This document shows positions 1 through 9,564 of a DNA stretch of 64,000 bases, in pieces; position 1 is the stretch's first letter, and the number at the start of each line of letters is the position of its first letter. The position numbers and the translations under genes are program-made. Origin of the DNA: an uncultured delta proteobacterium (lineage in GTDB: Bacteria > Desulfobacterota > Desulfomonilia > UBA1062); NCBI GenBank assembly GCA_963752595.1, contig CAVVYZ010000002.1, positions 256,001 through 320,000 on the forward strand, read 5' to 3'. The notes below the pieces were generated by a model. It was given only the letters and a program-made list of their open reading frames with translations. It ran no database searches and was not told where the DNA came from.

Positions 1-1209
1 GATGGGGCCGAATTCCTTGTAGAACTGCTCGTATTTTTCCTTTTCCAGACCTTCGAGGAGCTCGAGAATCTTCTTGACGAGGTTCTTCCGGATATTCCTG
101 ACCAGGGCGTCCTGCTGGAGGATCTCGCGGCTGACGTTGAGGTTCAGGTCCGGGGCGTCGACGACGCCCTTGATGAAGCTCAGATACTGGGGCATCAGTT
201 CCTTGCAGTCCTCCATGATGAAGACGCGCTTGCTGTAGAGCTGGATCCCGTGCTTTCTGTTCCTGGATGGAGAGGTCGAACGGGAGCTTGGACGGGGATG
301 TACAGAAGGGCGTTGTATTCCGTCGTGCCTTCGAGCTTCAGGTGGAGGTGCGCGAGCGGCGGGTTCCAGTCGTGGCTGATGTGCTTGTAGAATTCGTTGT
401 ATTCCTCCTCGGTGACTCCTGATTTGTTCCTGGCCCAGATGGCCTTCATGGAGTTGAGCGTTTCTTCCTGGATGACCTTTCTGGTCGTGTAGCCGATCGG
501 TTTGCCGTCCTTATCCTTATGAGCTCATCGTCCGGGATGGGCTCCTGTTTTTTCGACATCCATGACGACGGGATAGTCCACGAAGTCGGAGTGTCTCTTT
601 ACGATCCCTCGGATGGTCCATTCTTCGGTGAAGTCCTGCTCGTCCTTCCCCTGCCTTTTTCAGATGGAGGATGATGGTCGTGCCCCGCGATGCCTTTTCG
701 GTTTCCTCGATGGTATAGGACCCGTCGCCGGTGGATTCCCACCTGACGGCCTGTCTCCTGCCCGGCGGCTTTGGTGATGAGGGTGACCTTGTCGGCGACG
801 ATGAAGGAGCTGTAGAACCCGACGCCGAACTGGCCGATGAGCTCCGGCGTCAGAAGCTCTCTTTCTTCTTCGCCCCGTCGATTGCCTCCAGAAAAGCTTC
901 GGTGCCGCTCTGGGCGATGGTGCCGATGTTCTCCACGACCTCGTCATAGGTCATGCCGATGCCGTTGTCCTCGATCTTGAGGGTCCGCTTCTCTTTGTCC
1001 GGGATGATCTTGATCTTGAATTCCGTGTCGCCGCCCAGGATGTCGGAATCGGTCTGGGACTTGAACCTGATCTTGTCGATGGCGTCCGAGGCATTGGAGA
1101 TGAGCTCCCGCAGGAAGATCTCCGGATGGGAATACAGGGAGTTGATGATGAGGTTGAGAAGTCTCTGTACTTCGGTCTTGAACTGACGGGTTTCCTTCTT
1201 ATGCTCCAT
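1..1209 (-). CDS. htpG: Hsp90 chaperone HtpG, 5' part; runs off the window start; split by apparent indel frameshifts
   Basis: Fragments read [14 protein letters not shown]...[18 protein letters not shown]...DNGIGMT, then [12 protein letters not shown], then [12 protein letters not shown]...[13 protein letters not shown], all typical Hsp90/HtpG motifs. Confidence 0.95.
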
Positions 1210-1261
1210 AGCACCTCCGTTTTGTCTGGTATCTCAAATACGTGCCGGATATCACTGGATT

Positions 1262-1290
1262 ATATAGGAACCCGGGGCTCATAATTCAAG
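1262..1290 (-). promoter_or_regulatory. Putative sigma-32 (RpoH)-type promoter of htpG
   Basis: Minus strand CTTGAA-N15-TCCTATAT resembles the heat-shock consensus CTTGAA-N13/17-CCCCATNT, about 50 nt upstream of the htpG start. Confidence 0.55.
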
Positions 1291-1516
1291 GCCCGGCTCC
1301 AGAGGAATATCATCTTAAGATATCCCATTTCACTTCCGGCACGCTCATTCCGCGGTTCAATTAGCATATGCTTTTGTCCAGTTCAATACCTCCCATTGGT
1401 GAAAAGGGCAAACCGATTATACCATCCACACACTTGAACTTTCCGGCAGATTGAGTTATGGTGCAGCCCCGGGCCGTACTGTATGAGCCACCAAAGAGGA
1501 AGGAGTTTAGGGGTCA

Positions 1517-2665
1517 TTGGTATTCAATGCATGCATGAAGCATAAACTGGTTCGCAAGAGCGTGCGGGAGTTCGCAGAGGCCGAGCTCGGGCCCATTGCC
1601 CATGAGATCGACCGCGAGGCCCGGTTTCCCGTAGAGGTTGTCGAGAAGATGCGCTCTTTGAATTTTTTCGGGCTTCAGGTCCCGAAAAAGTATGGCGGAG
1701 CCGAGGCTGACAGCATCAGCTACGCCATTACGGTGGAGGAGATCTCGCGGGTGAGCGGCGCCATGGGCCTGTGTATCACGGTCCACAACAGCGTGGGCAT
1801 CTATCCCATCCTCAAATACGGCACGGAAGAGCAGAAACAGCGCTTCATCCCCAAGCTCGCGAGCGGTGAGCATATCGGTGCATTCTGCATCACCGAGGCC
1901 AATGCAGGCTCGGATGCAGGCGGCGTTGAGACGAACGCGGTCCGCGACGGCGACGAGTACGTGATCAACGGCACCAAGATTTTCGTAACCAACGGCGGGG
2001 TATGCTCCACGCCTCTGATCTTTGCCGTTACAAACCCGGAAAATCCCGGCAGGAGTGCAAGCCTGTTCATCGTGGAGAAGGGCATCCCCGGCTTTACCGT
2101 GGGCGAGATCGAAGACCTGTGCGGGATGCGTGCAAATCCTGTTTCCTCACTGTTTTTCGAAGACTGCCGGGTTCCGAAGGAGAACCTGCTCGGGAGAGAG
2201 GGCGACGGCCTCAAGATCGGGTTCAAAGCGCTGGATACGGGCCGGATCGGGATCGGGGCCCAGGCCGTGGGCATTGCCCAGGCGGCTCTGGAGGCATCCG
2301 TCAAGTATTCCAAGGAGCGCCAGCAGTTCAGGAAGCCCATCGCTTCGTTTCAGTCCATCCAGAACATGCTGGCAGACATGGCCACCGAGATCGATGCGGC
2401 ACGCCTCCTGGTCTACCGGGCCTGCGCATCCAAGGACGCAGGCCGGGATTTCGGCAAGGAAGCCGCCATGGCAAAGCTCTATGCCAGCGGCGTTGCCTCC
2501 CGAGTGACCGGGAACGCGATGCAGATTCACGGAGGGTACGGATACAGCAGGGAATATGACGTGGAGCGGTTTTTCAGGGACGCGAAAGTAACCGAGATCT
2601 ATGAAGGAACGAGCGAGGTCCAGCGCATGGTGATCTCGAGGGCGATCCTGACGGAGCCCATATGA
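1517..2665 (+). CDS. Acyl-CoA dehydrogenase (butyryl-CoA dehydrogenase-like)
   Basis: GAFCITEANAGSD, YVINGTKIFVTNG, RQQFRKPIASFQ, QIHGGYGY, EIYEGTSEVQR motifs; exact start uncertain. Confidence 0.95.
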   Translation: MVFNACMKHKLVRKSVREFAEAELGPIAHEIDREARFPVEVVEKMRSLNFFGLQVPKKYGGAEADSISYAITVEEISRVSGAMGLCITVHNSVGIYPILKYGTEEQKQRFIPKLASGEHIGAFCITEANAGSDAGGVETNAVRDGDEYVINGTKIFVTNGGVCSTPLIFAVTNPENPGRSASLFIVEKGIPGFTVGEIEDLCGMRANPVSSLFFEDCRVPKENLLGREGDGLKIGFKALDTGRIGIGAQAVGIAQAALEASVKYSKERQQFRKPIASFQSIQNMLADMATEIDAARLLVYRACASKDAGRDFGKEAAMAKLYASGVASRVTGNAMQIHGGYGYSREYDVERFFRDAKVTEIYEGTSEVQRMVISRAILTEPI

Positions 2666-2685
2666 GAGCAGGGAATGCGACAGAC

Positions 2686-3507
2686 ATGCTGAAGATGATC
2701 GTCTGCTTAAAGCAGGTGCCGATGGTGAGCGAGCTCCCGTGGGACCCGAAGACCGGGACTCTCACCCGGGATGCTGCGGAGGGCATGATGAACCCGGCGT
2801 GCAAGTCCGCCATGGAGGCAGCACTGCGCCTCAAGGAAACCCATGACGGCCACATCACGGCGATTACCATGGGCCCTCCCATGGCCATGGAGGTTCTCCA
2901 CGAGGCCATCGCCATGGGAGCGGACCGCTGCCTCATGCTCTCCGATCCCCGCATGGCCGGCGCCGATACGCTGGTGACGTCCTTTACTCTGGCCCGGGCC
3001 ATCGAGATATTCTGCGCCGACTATGATCTCATTCTCTGCGGGTGCCACACCTCGGACAGCGAGACCGCCCAGGTCGGACCGCAGATCGCAGAGGAGCTCG
3101 ACATCCCCTCGGCAGCATATGTGGAAGACCTCTCCGTGAGGGGCAAGACCATGAGGATACAGAGGATCTCGGACCACTTTCTCGAAACCCTGGAGATGGA
3201 TCTCCCCGGGCTCATCACGGTCACGACCGGGCATTTCACGCCCCGGTACATCCCCATCGGAGGGCTGCAGGATGCCTTCAACGAGCCCAATATCCTGACC
3301 GTAGGCGCCCATGACTTAAGCCTGGACGAAGATACCATCGGCCTCAAAGGCTCGCCCACGAAGATCCTGGAGGTCTTCTCGTCCACGGCGGGAAAGAAGA
3401 ACGTGGTCCTCACCGGCGCGCCCAAGAAGATCGTGGAAGAGCTGTTCAGACGGTTCGACGACACCATCGGCAGCGTGATCAGAAAAGACCTGAAGGCGGT
3501 GAAGTAG
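2686..3507 (+). CDS. etfB: Electron transfer flavoprotein beta subunit
   Basis: IVCLKQVP, MNP, AITMGPP, GADTLVTS, DSETAQVGP, GLKGSPT motifs. Confidence 0.93.
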   Translation: MLKMIVCLKQVPMVSELPWDPKTGTLTRDAAEGMMNPACKSAMEAALRLKETHDGHITAITMGPPMAMEVLHEAIAMGADRCLMLSDPRMAGADTLVTSFTLARAIEIFCADYDLILCGCHTSDSETAQVGPQIAEELDIPSAAYVEDLSVRGKTMRIQRISDHFLETLEMDLPGLITVTTGHFTPRYIPIGGLQDAFNEPNILTVGAHDLSLDEDTIGLKGSPTKILEVFSSTAGKKNVVLTGAPKKIVEELFRRFDDTIGSVIRKDLKAVK

Positions 3508-3510
3508 GCC

Positions 3511-4512
3511 ATGGCGAGTAAGAAGCGCAGCATATGGGTGTTCGGCGACTACCGGAACTATTTTCAGAACCGGGTGACCCTGCAGCTGATCTCCCGGGCG
3601 AACGATCTGGCGAAGATCATCGGGGCAGAGGTCTGCGTCACGGTGTTCGGCCATGAGACGGATGAGTGGGTGGGAGAATACGTTGCTCACGGGGCCATGA
3701 AGGTGTACGTGTGCGATCACCCGGACCTGAAATTCTACAGCAACGACGTGTACATCACCCTGATGGAGCGTCTCGTGCGGCAGTACGGGCCGGAGATTCT
3801 CCTCGTGGGTGCGACCACCTTCGGCAGGGAGTTTGCACCACGCCTGGCAAAGCGTCTGAAGACCGGGCTCACTGCCGACTGCATCGGCCTCGACATCAAT
3901 GAAGACGGGATTCTCGTCCAGACCGCGCCTGCATTCGGCGGCAACCTCCTCAGCAGGATCATCACCCCGGAGAAACGGCCCCAGATGGCAACGGTGCGTC
4001 CGGGGACGTTTCAGGAGATTCCCCATAACTACCAGGCAACCGGAGAGATCGTTTCTGTGCCCCTGCCCAAGGATCTTCCCAAAGACAGGATACGCCTGAT
4101 CAGCTCGGAACGGCAGCCTTTACGCGAGCAGAAGCTCGAGGATGCGGCTGTTGTGGTGTGCGGCGGTCGGGGCATGGGGAGCAGGAAAAAGTTCAAGAAC
4201 CTTTATGAGCTTGCCAGGGTTCTGGGAGGGGAGGTCGGCGCCACCCGGCCTGTGGTCTATTCCAAGTGGGCGGAGGAAGACACCCTCGTGGGACAGGCGG
4301 ACAAGCACATCAAGCCCAAGGTGCTCTTCTCGCTCGGCATCAGCGGCGCGATCCAGCATACGGCGGGGATCAAGGACGCAGGGTTCATCATTGCCGTGAA
4401 CAAGAACCCCAACGCCGTCATGATGAAGATGGCCGATGTGGCGATCGTGGCAGATGCCGGCCAGGTCTGCACGGCCCTGATCAGGGAGCTCAAGAAGCGC
4501 ATCCGTTCCTGA
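3511..4512 (+). CDS. etfA: Electron transfer flavoprotein alpha subunit
   Basis: TGLTADC, PAFGGN, RPQMATVRPG, VVCGGRGMG, LGISGAIQH, IIAVNKNP motifs; follows etfB. Confidence 0.93.
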   Translation: MASKKRSIWVFGDYRNYFQNRVTLQLISRANDLAKIIGAEVCVTVFGHETDEWVGEYVAHGAMKVYVCDHPDLKFYSNDVYITLMERLVRQYGPEILLVGATTFGREFAPRLAKRLKTGLTADCIGLDINEDGILVQTAPAFGGNLLSRIITPEKRPQMATVRPGTFQEIPHNYQATGEIVSVPLPKDLPKDRIRLISSERQPLREQKLEDAAVVVCGGRGMGSRKKFKNLYELARVLGGEVGATRPVVYSKWAEEDTLVGQADKHIKPKVLFSLGISGAIQHTAGIKDAGFIIAVNKNPNAVMMKMADVAIVADAGQVCTALIRELKKRIRS

Positions 4513-4529
4513 TGCCCGCTTTCTTTACG

Positions 4530-5141
4530 CTAAGAAAAAAGCCTGGATGCCGTCGTTGCAACGAGCCTGCCCTGGTATCTCGCTCCTTCGAGCTCTGCTT
4601 CAGACGGCCACCTTTCCCCTTTAGGCCCTGTGATCGTGGATGCGCCGTACGGGGAGCACCCCATTATCTGATCCATGCCGGTCTGCCCTTTGAAGGAATA
4701 CGGAAGACCTACGACGATCATCCCTAAATGGAGCAGGGTTATATGAACGGTAAGGATGGTCGATTCCTGGCCGCCATGCTGCGTCCCTGAGCTGGTAAAT
4801 ACGCTTCCCACCTTTCCCACCAAGGCATCACCGGCCCAAAGCGATCCTGTTGCATCGAGGAACTGGCGCATCTGGCCGATCATATTCCCGTAGCGCGTAG
4901 GGGTTCCGAATATGAAGGCATGATAATCAGCCAGGTTTTCCACCTTTGCTTCCGGGATGTGGGCAAACTTCTTCTGTGCCTCTATCGCACCCTGCCTGGC
5001 AAGGATTTCCTGGGACAGAGTTTCCGGGACGCGGAGTATATCCACCCGGGCTCCGCTCACTTCCCTTGCACCTTCCGCTGCTGCCTCCGCCATGCGGTAG
5101 ATGTGCCCATAGGTCGAATAGAACAGGACAAGCACCTTCAT
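4530..5141 (-). CDS. wrbA: NAD(P)H:quinone oxidoreductase WrbA
   Basis: [44 protein letters not shown]; GGAGA RBS precedes ATG at 5141. Confidence 0.95.
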   Translation of the reverse strand: MKVLVLFYSTYGHIYRMAEAAAEGAREVSGARVDILRVPETLSQEILARQGAIEAQKKFAHIPEAKVENLADYHAFIFGTPTRYGNMIGQMRQFLDATGSLWAGDALVGKVGSVFTSSGTQHGGQESTILTVHITLLHLGMIVVGLPYSFKGQTGMDQIMGCSPYGASTITGPKGERWPSEAELEGARYQGRLVATTASRLFS

Positions 5142-5371
5142 ATCTCCTATCTCCTTCTTTTTTTGTCCGGGGTTGGTTATGGTGGTATGATAATTTTTTT
5201 CCATCATTTCTTGTAGGACATAGTACGGACGGAACAGTCATAATCAAGGCATATCAGATGGGTATGGAAGGAAGAATGCAAGCAGTGGCGGTCCGGGCAG
5301 CTGTTTATCAGACGGCTGAGATCGATGGCGGAGAGAATTAAGGGGACGTTTTTCCCAGACAGGCGGGCTGC

Positions 5372-6262
5372 ATGATTCAGATAGATGAACGCTGGAATGA
5401 TCTGAGCTCGGAGCTCAAAAGGTGCAAGGCTGGAAAGCTCGTCTATGCTGTCGGAGCAAGTGATCGCGGCAAAACGACATTCTGCGGGTATCTTGCGGAT
5501 GCCTTGAGCAAGGGCGGCCTGACCGCATATATTGACTGCGATCCCGGGCAATCTTTCATCGGCCCGCCGACAACGATCGGGCTGCAGGCAGTGGGATCGG
5601 AAGTTCCTGAAGACTGTTTCCCCCTCCTGTATTTTACCGGAGCGCTTTCTCCAGAAGGCCACCTGCTCCAGAATCTGACCGGAATAAAGAAGCTTGCCCA
5701 AAAGGCAGCTACCTTGGGATTTCAATCTATCATCCTCGACTCTTCGGGTTTTATATCGGGGAGCATCGCACAGGAATTTCAATTCCAGGTCATCGATCTC
5801 CTTCAGCCGGGATACCTCGTTGCCTTTCAATACGAGGAAGAGCTGGAAGGCCTTCTCAGGAACTTTGCCGGATATCCCGGGATGAATATAATCAGAATGC
5901 CGGTTTCAGCAGCAGTGCAGGCACGCAGCATGCGGGAACGATATCAATACCGGACAGAAAGGTTCAAGGAATATTTCAAAGGAAGCCGTCTCCATGAGCT
6001 CCTTCTGTCCGAGACAGGACAGCATGGGATGATTCCGGATTATACCCGGCCGGACACTTTTGACAACCTCCTTGTCGGCCTGTGCGATCCGGAGAACCTC
6101 ACCCTGGCAGTCGGCATTGTCAGGGCATATAACGGGGAGGACGCAATACTGACCGTATGCGCACCATTATCGGATATCTCTGCGGTGAGAACGATCCGGT
6201 TCGGCTCCGTGTATCTGAATACCAGGGATTTCAAGACAAGCTCAGCACCCTTTCGGCAATAA
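5372..6262 (+). CDS. Clp1/Grc3-family polynucleotide 5'-OH kinase-like protein
   Basis: Walker A GASDRGKTT, Clp1-type DCDPGQSFIGPPTTI, ILDSSGFI, lid-like RSMRERYQYR. Confidence 0.85.
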   Translation: MIQIDERWNDLSSELKRCKAGKLVYAVGASDRGKTTFCGYLADALSKGGLTAYIDCDPGQSFIGPPTTIGLQAVGSEVPEDCFPLLYFTGALSPEGHLLQNLTGIKKLAQKAATLGFQSIILDSSGFISGSIAQEFQFQVIDLLQPGYLVAFQYEEELEGLLRNFAGYPGMNIIRMPVSAAVQARSMRERYQYRTERFKEYFKGSRLHELLLSETGQHGMIPDYTRPDTFDNLLVGLCDPENLTLAVGIVRAYNGEDAILTVCAPLSDISAVRTIRFGSVYLNTRDFKTSSAPFRQ

Positions 6263-6427
6263 ATTTCTCAAGAAAACAGGACCATGAACATGCTATGTAC
6301 GTTACAGGCTGGAAATCCTGAAAAAACTGTGCTAGAGGAAAACACCTTTATTTTTAAGCTATGCATGCATAGAGACACTTAAAGATGAGCAGGAATTTGA
6401 TTAAGATCCAGAGTGAAAGGAGAGCAT

Positions 6428-6805
6428 ATGGCATCGAAGCTTCGGAGTGCAAGAGAGACCCAGAAGGCAGTATGGCAGGACAAGCTTGCGGGGCGAATGA
6501 ATGAGTTGAAAGGTATGGGGGTAGATGGCAAAAATATCGAGAAGGATCCCATCATCAGAAAATTAAAGGCCAAGGTTCGTGAAGCAACCTTCAGGCTTAC
6601 CGCCATAGTGGGCAGAGAGAAGAAACTCGAAGATATGGCCAGAACCAGGGAAGAAAAGAAAGCCGCGCCTCCGAAGGAAAAGGGGAAGAAGGCTGCCGCT
6701 CCGGTAGAGGAGAAGAAGTCCAAGAAGAAGGAAAAGAAGAAAGAAGGATCTGAACAGGCACCAAAGAAAGAATCGAAGAAAAAGGCTGAGGCAACGGCTT
6801 CGTAG
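6428..6805 (+). CDS. Hypothetical basic protein with Lys/Glu-rich low-complexity C-terminal tail
   Basis: Open frame with AAGGAGAG RBS before ATG 6428; helical N-terminus and KKAAAPVEEKKSKKKEKKK tail. Confidence 0.75.
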   Translation: MASKLRSARETQKAVWQDKLAGRMNELKGMGVDGKNIEKDPIIRKLKAKVREATFRLTAIVGREKKLEDMARTREEKKAAPPKEKGKKAAAPVEEKKSKKKEKKKEGSEQAPKKESKKKAEATAS

Positions 6806-7308
6806 GAAAAACCGGCAGAACTCGGCGACATCGTTATCCAAGGGGAGAGTAATCTCAGCCCTTTTAAGGAACAGATACAACGATCCCCCCGCTCCGCACA
6901 AGGGAGCGAGGGGCGCCTTGCATTAAATGTATCAGCTGCAATCTGACCTTACAAATAAAGAATATAGACTACAATAAGGCCTGACAGTAGACCCTTTCCC
7001 TATTCGCTGAAAGCAAAGATATCGTGCCAAGATATGGACTTTCACGTTGTATGCTCCAGAGTATAGATTATATCAGGAGATTATAGGTCTTCAAACTCGT
7101 CGATACCATCATTAGATCGCAGATATTCAGGGTCTGGATAGAGCTTCATATTTTATAGATTGTCTTCCAGCATTGCCGGTTATGATCTTTTTTAATGCTC
7201 TTTGTGCTGAGCTTTGTATCATGACATGAAAAATCCAGGGATTTGTGATTACAACCCCGGTATGATATGAATGTATTCTGAACTGAATGAAATGAAGGAG
7301 CATGGGGG

Positions 7309-9426
7309 ATGGCAGTCCAAACGCACAACCAAATGGCTAATTTCATCTGGAGTATCTGCAATCTCCTCCGCGGCCCGTATAAACGCAACGAATACCGGAA
7401 AGTGATCCTCCCTTTAACCGTTCTCCGGCGCTTCGATTGCATCCTATCTCCCACAAAACAGGCTGTTCTGAACGAATTCAGCCGGCTCAAGGGCAAGTCG
7501 GAGAACATCATTCAGGCCCGCTTGCGCGAGATCACGGGAGTGCCCTTCTACAACCTCTCCCGGCTCACCTTCGAGCGCCTTCTGGACGATCCGAACCAGC
7601 TCGCCCCGAACCTGAACAGCTACATCAACGCCTTCTCGCCCAATGTCCGCCGGATATTCGAGCGGTTCGATTTCGGCGTCCAGATACACAGGATGAATGA
7701 AAAGAACCTCCTGTTCGAGGTCATCAAGAAATTCGCGTCTCCCGATATCGATCTCTCCCCGGTCAGGATCGACAATATGCAGATGGGCTACATCTTTGAA
7801 GAGCTGATCCGGATCGGTGCCGAACAGTCCAACGAGGAGGCCGGAGAGCACTTCACCCCGCGCGAGGTCATCAGGCTCATGGTGAATCTCCTGCTTCAGC
7901 CCCTCCGAAGACATGGCCATGCTGAGCAAAAGCCATGTGGTCGTGAAGATCTACGACCCGGCCTGCGGGACGGGCGGCATGCTTTCCGTCTCCGAAAGCC
8001 ATATCAAAACGCTCAATGCCACCGCACAGCCCCACCTGTTCGGACAGGACTGGAACGACGAGGCATGGGCGGTCTGCCGCTCGGACATGCTGATCAAGGG
8101 CGAGGAAGCGGACAATATCAAGCAGGACTGTTCGTTTGAAAGAGACGGCTTCCAAGACGGAGAGATTCGACTATATGCTCGCCAATCCTCCCTTCGGCGT
8201 GGAATGGAAGCAGCAGGCCAGGGCCATCATCTCACGAGCATGAAAAGCTGGGGTACGACGGCCGTTTCGGAGCCGGGCTCCCGCGCATCAACGACGGGTC
8301 GCTCCTTTTTCTGCAGCACATGATTTCCAAGATGCGGCGCCCCGAAGAAGGCGGCAGCCGCATCGCCATCGTCTTCAACGGCTCGCCGCTCTTTACCGGC
8401 GACGCGGGAAGCGGGGAGTCCAACATCCGCCGCTGGATCATCGAGAACGACTGGCTGGAGGCGATCATCGCTATGCCCGACCAGCTTTTCTACAATACGG
8501 GCATCTCCACCTATATCTGGGTCCTGACCAACCGGAAGGAGAAACGCCGGAAAGGGAAGATCCAACTCATCGATGCCCGCGAGTTATCCGTCAAGATGCG
8601 CAAGAGCCTCGGGAACAAGCGCAACCAGATCGGCGACGGCGAAGAAGGCCGGCCGGACCAGATCGCCGACATCAGCCGGATCTACGGGCATTTCACCCAC
8701 GATGAGACCTACACGTTGACCACAAACGGAACGCACAAGACGGTCATTGTCTCCAAGATCTTCGACAACAGCGATTTCGGCTACCATAAAATCACGGTGG
8801 AAAGGCCCCTGCGCCTGAACTTCCAGGCAAGCGCCGGGCGGATCGCCCGCCTGGAGGATGTCAGGGCCTTCCGGAAAATCGCCGAAAGCGACAAGAAGAA
8901 CGAAGCCGTCCGCATCCAGGAGATCGAGGCTGGCAGAGAGCGGCAGGATGCCGTCAGGAAGCTGCTTGCCGACCTGGGTGCAGCAACGGGAGAGAGGCTG
9001 TTCAAGGATCGTCCCGAGTTCCTGAAGGCATTGAAACCCCTTGAACATCAATCGGGCATCCGCCTTTCATCCGCCGAATTGAAGGCGGTCCTGGAAGCAT
9101 TGAGTGAGCGCGATGAAACCGCCGGGATCTGCCGGGACGCCAGGGGGAACCCGGAGGCGGACAGCAGCCTCCGCGACACGGAAAACGTCCCGCTGAAGGA
9201 AAACATCGAGGCATACTTCCAGCGGGAGGTCCTGCCGCACGTGCCGGATGCCTGGATCGATCATGATAAGACCAAGGTCGGCTACGAGATCCCCCTCAAC
9301 CGCCACTTCTACCAATACGAGCCGCCGCGGCCCCTGGAAACGATCGAGGCCGAGATAAAAACGCTGGAAGGTGAGATCCTGGGCATGCTGGCCGAGGTCA
9401 CCGGCAGCGCCGGAGGCAGGTCATGA
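7309..9426 (+). CDS. hsdM: Type I restriction-modification methyltransferase subunit M (frameshifts near 7900 and 8130-8240)
   Basis: FIWSICNLLRG, GEHFTPREV, motif I YDPACGTGGML, motif IV LANPPFG, GSPLFTGDAGSGES, FYNTGI, VGYEIPLNRHFY. Confidence 0.93.
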
Positions 9427-9459
9427 CAGGATGCTCATCAGGCCCGCCGTACAAAGGGG

Positions 9460-9488
9460 TTGACTTCCTGCCTGAAGATGACGATAAT
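9460..9488 (+). promoter_or_regulatory. Sigma-70-type promoter of the leader RNA / abi gene
   Basis: TTGACT (9460-9465), 17-nt spacer, GATAAT (9483-9488). Confidence 0.7.
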
Positions 9489-9493
9489 ATCTG

Positions 9494-9553
9494 TAGCAAA
9501 CCTGCCGCGCCTCTGCTTTCGGGCATGCGAAATCCGGTGGGTTTTTCTTTTTT
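9494..9553 (+). ncRNA. Candidate abiF-type structured leader / antitoxin RNA ending in an intrinsic terminator
   Basis: Outer stem AAACCTGCCG (9498-9507) / CGGTGGGTTT (9535-9544) with two G-U pairs, inner CGC/GCG, TGCT-TTCG-GGCA hairpin, then a T-rich tract; lies between a promoter and an Abi gene. Confidence 0.6.
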
Positions 9554-9564
9554 CCGGGGCTGTC

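Noticed and set aside
9460-9564. 35-aa N-terminal extension of the Abi ORF in the computed track
   Set aside because: It starts inside the -35 box and runs through the promoter and hairpin; family similarity begins at GTG 9565
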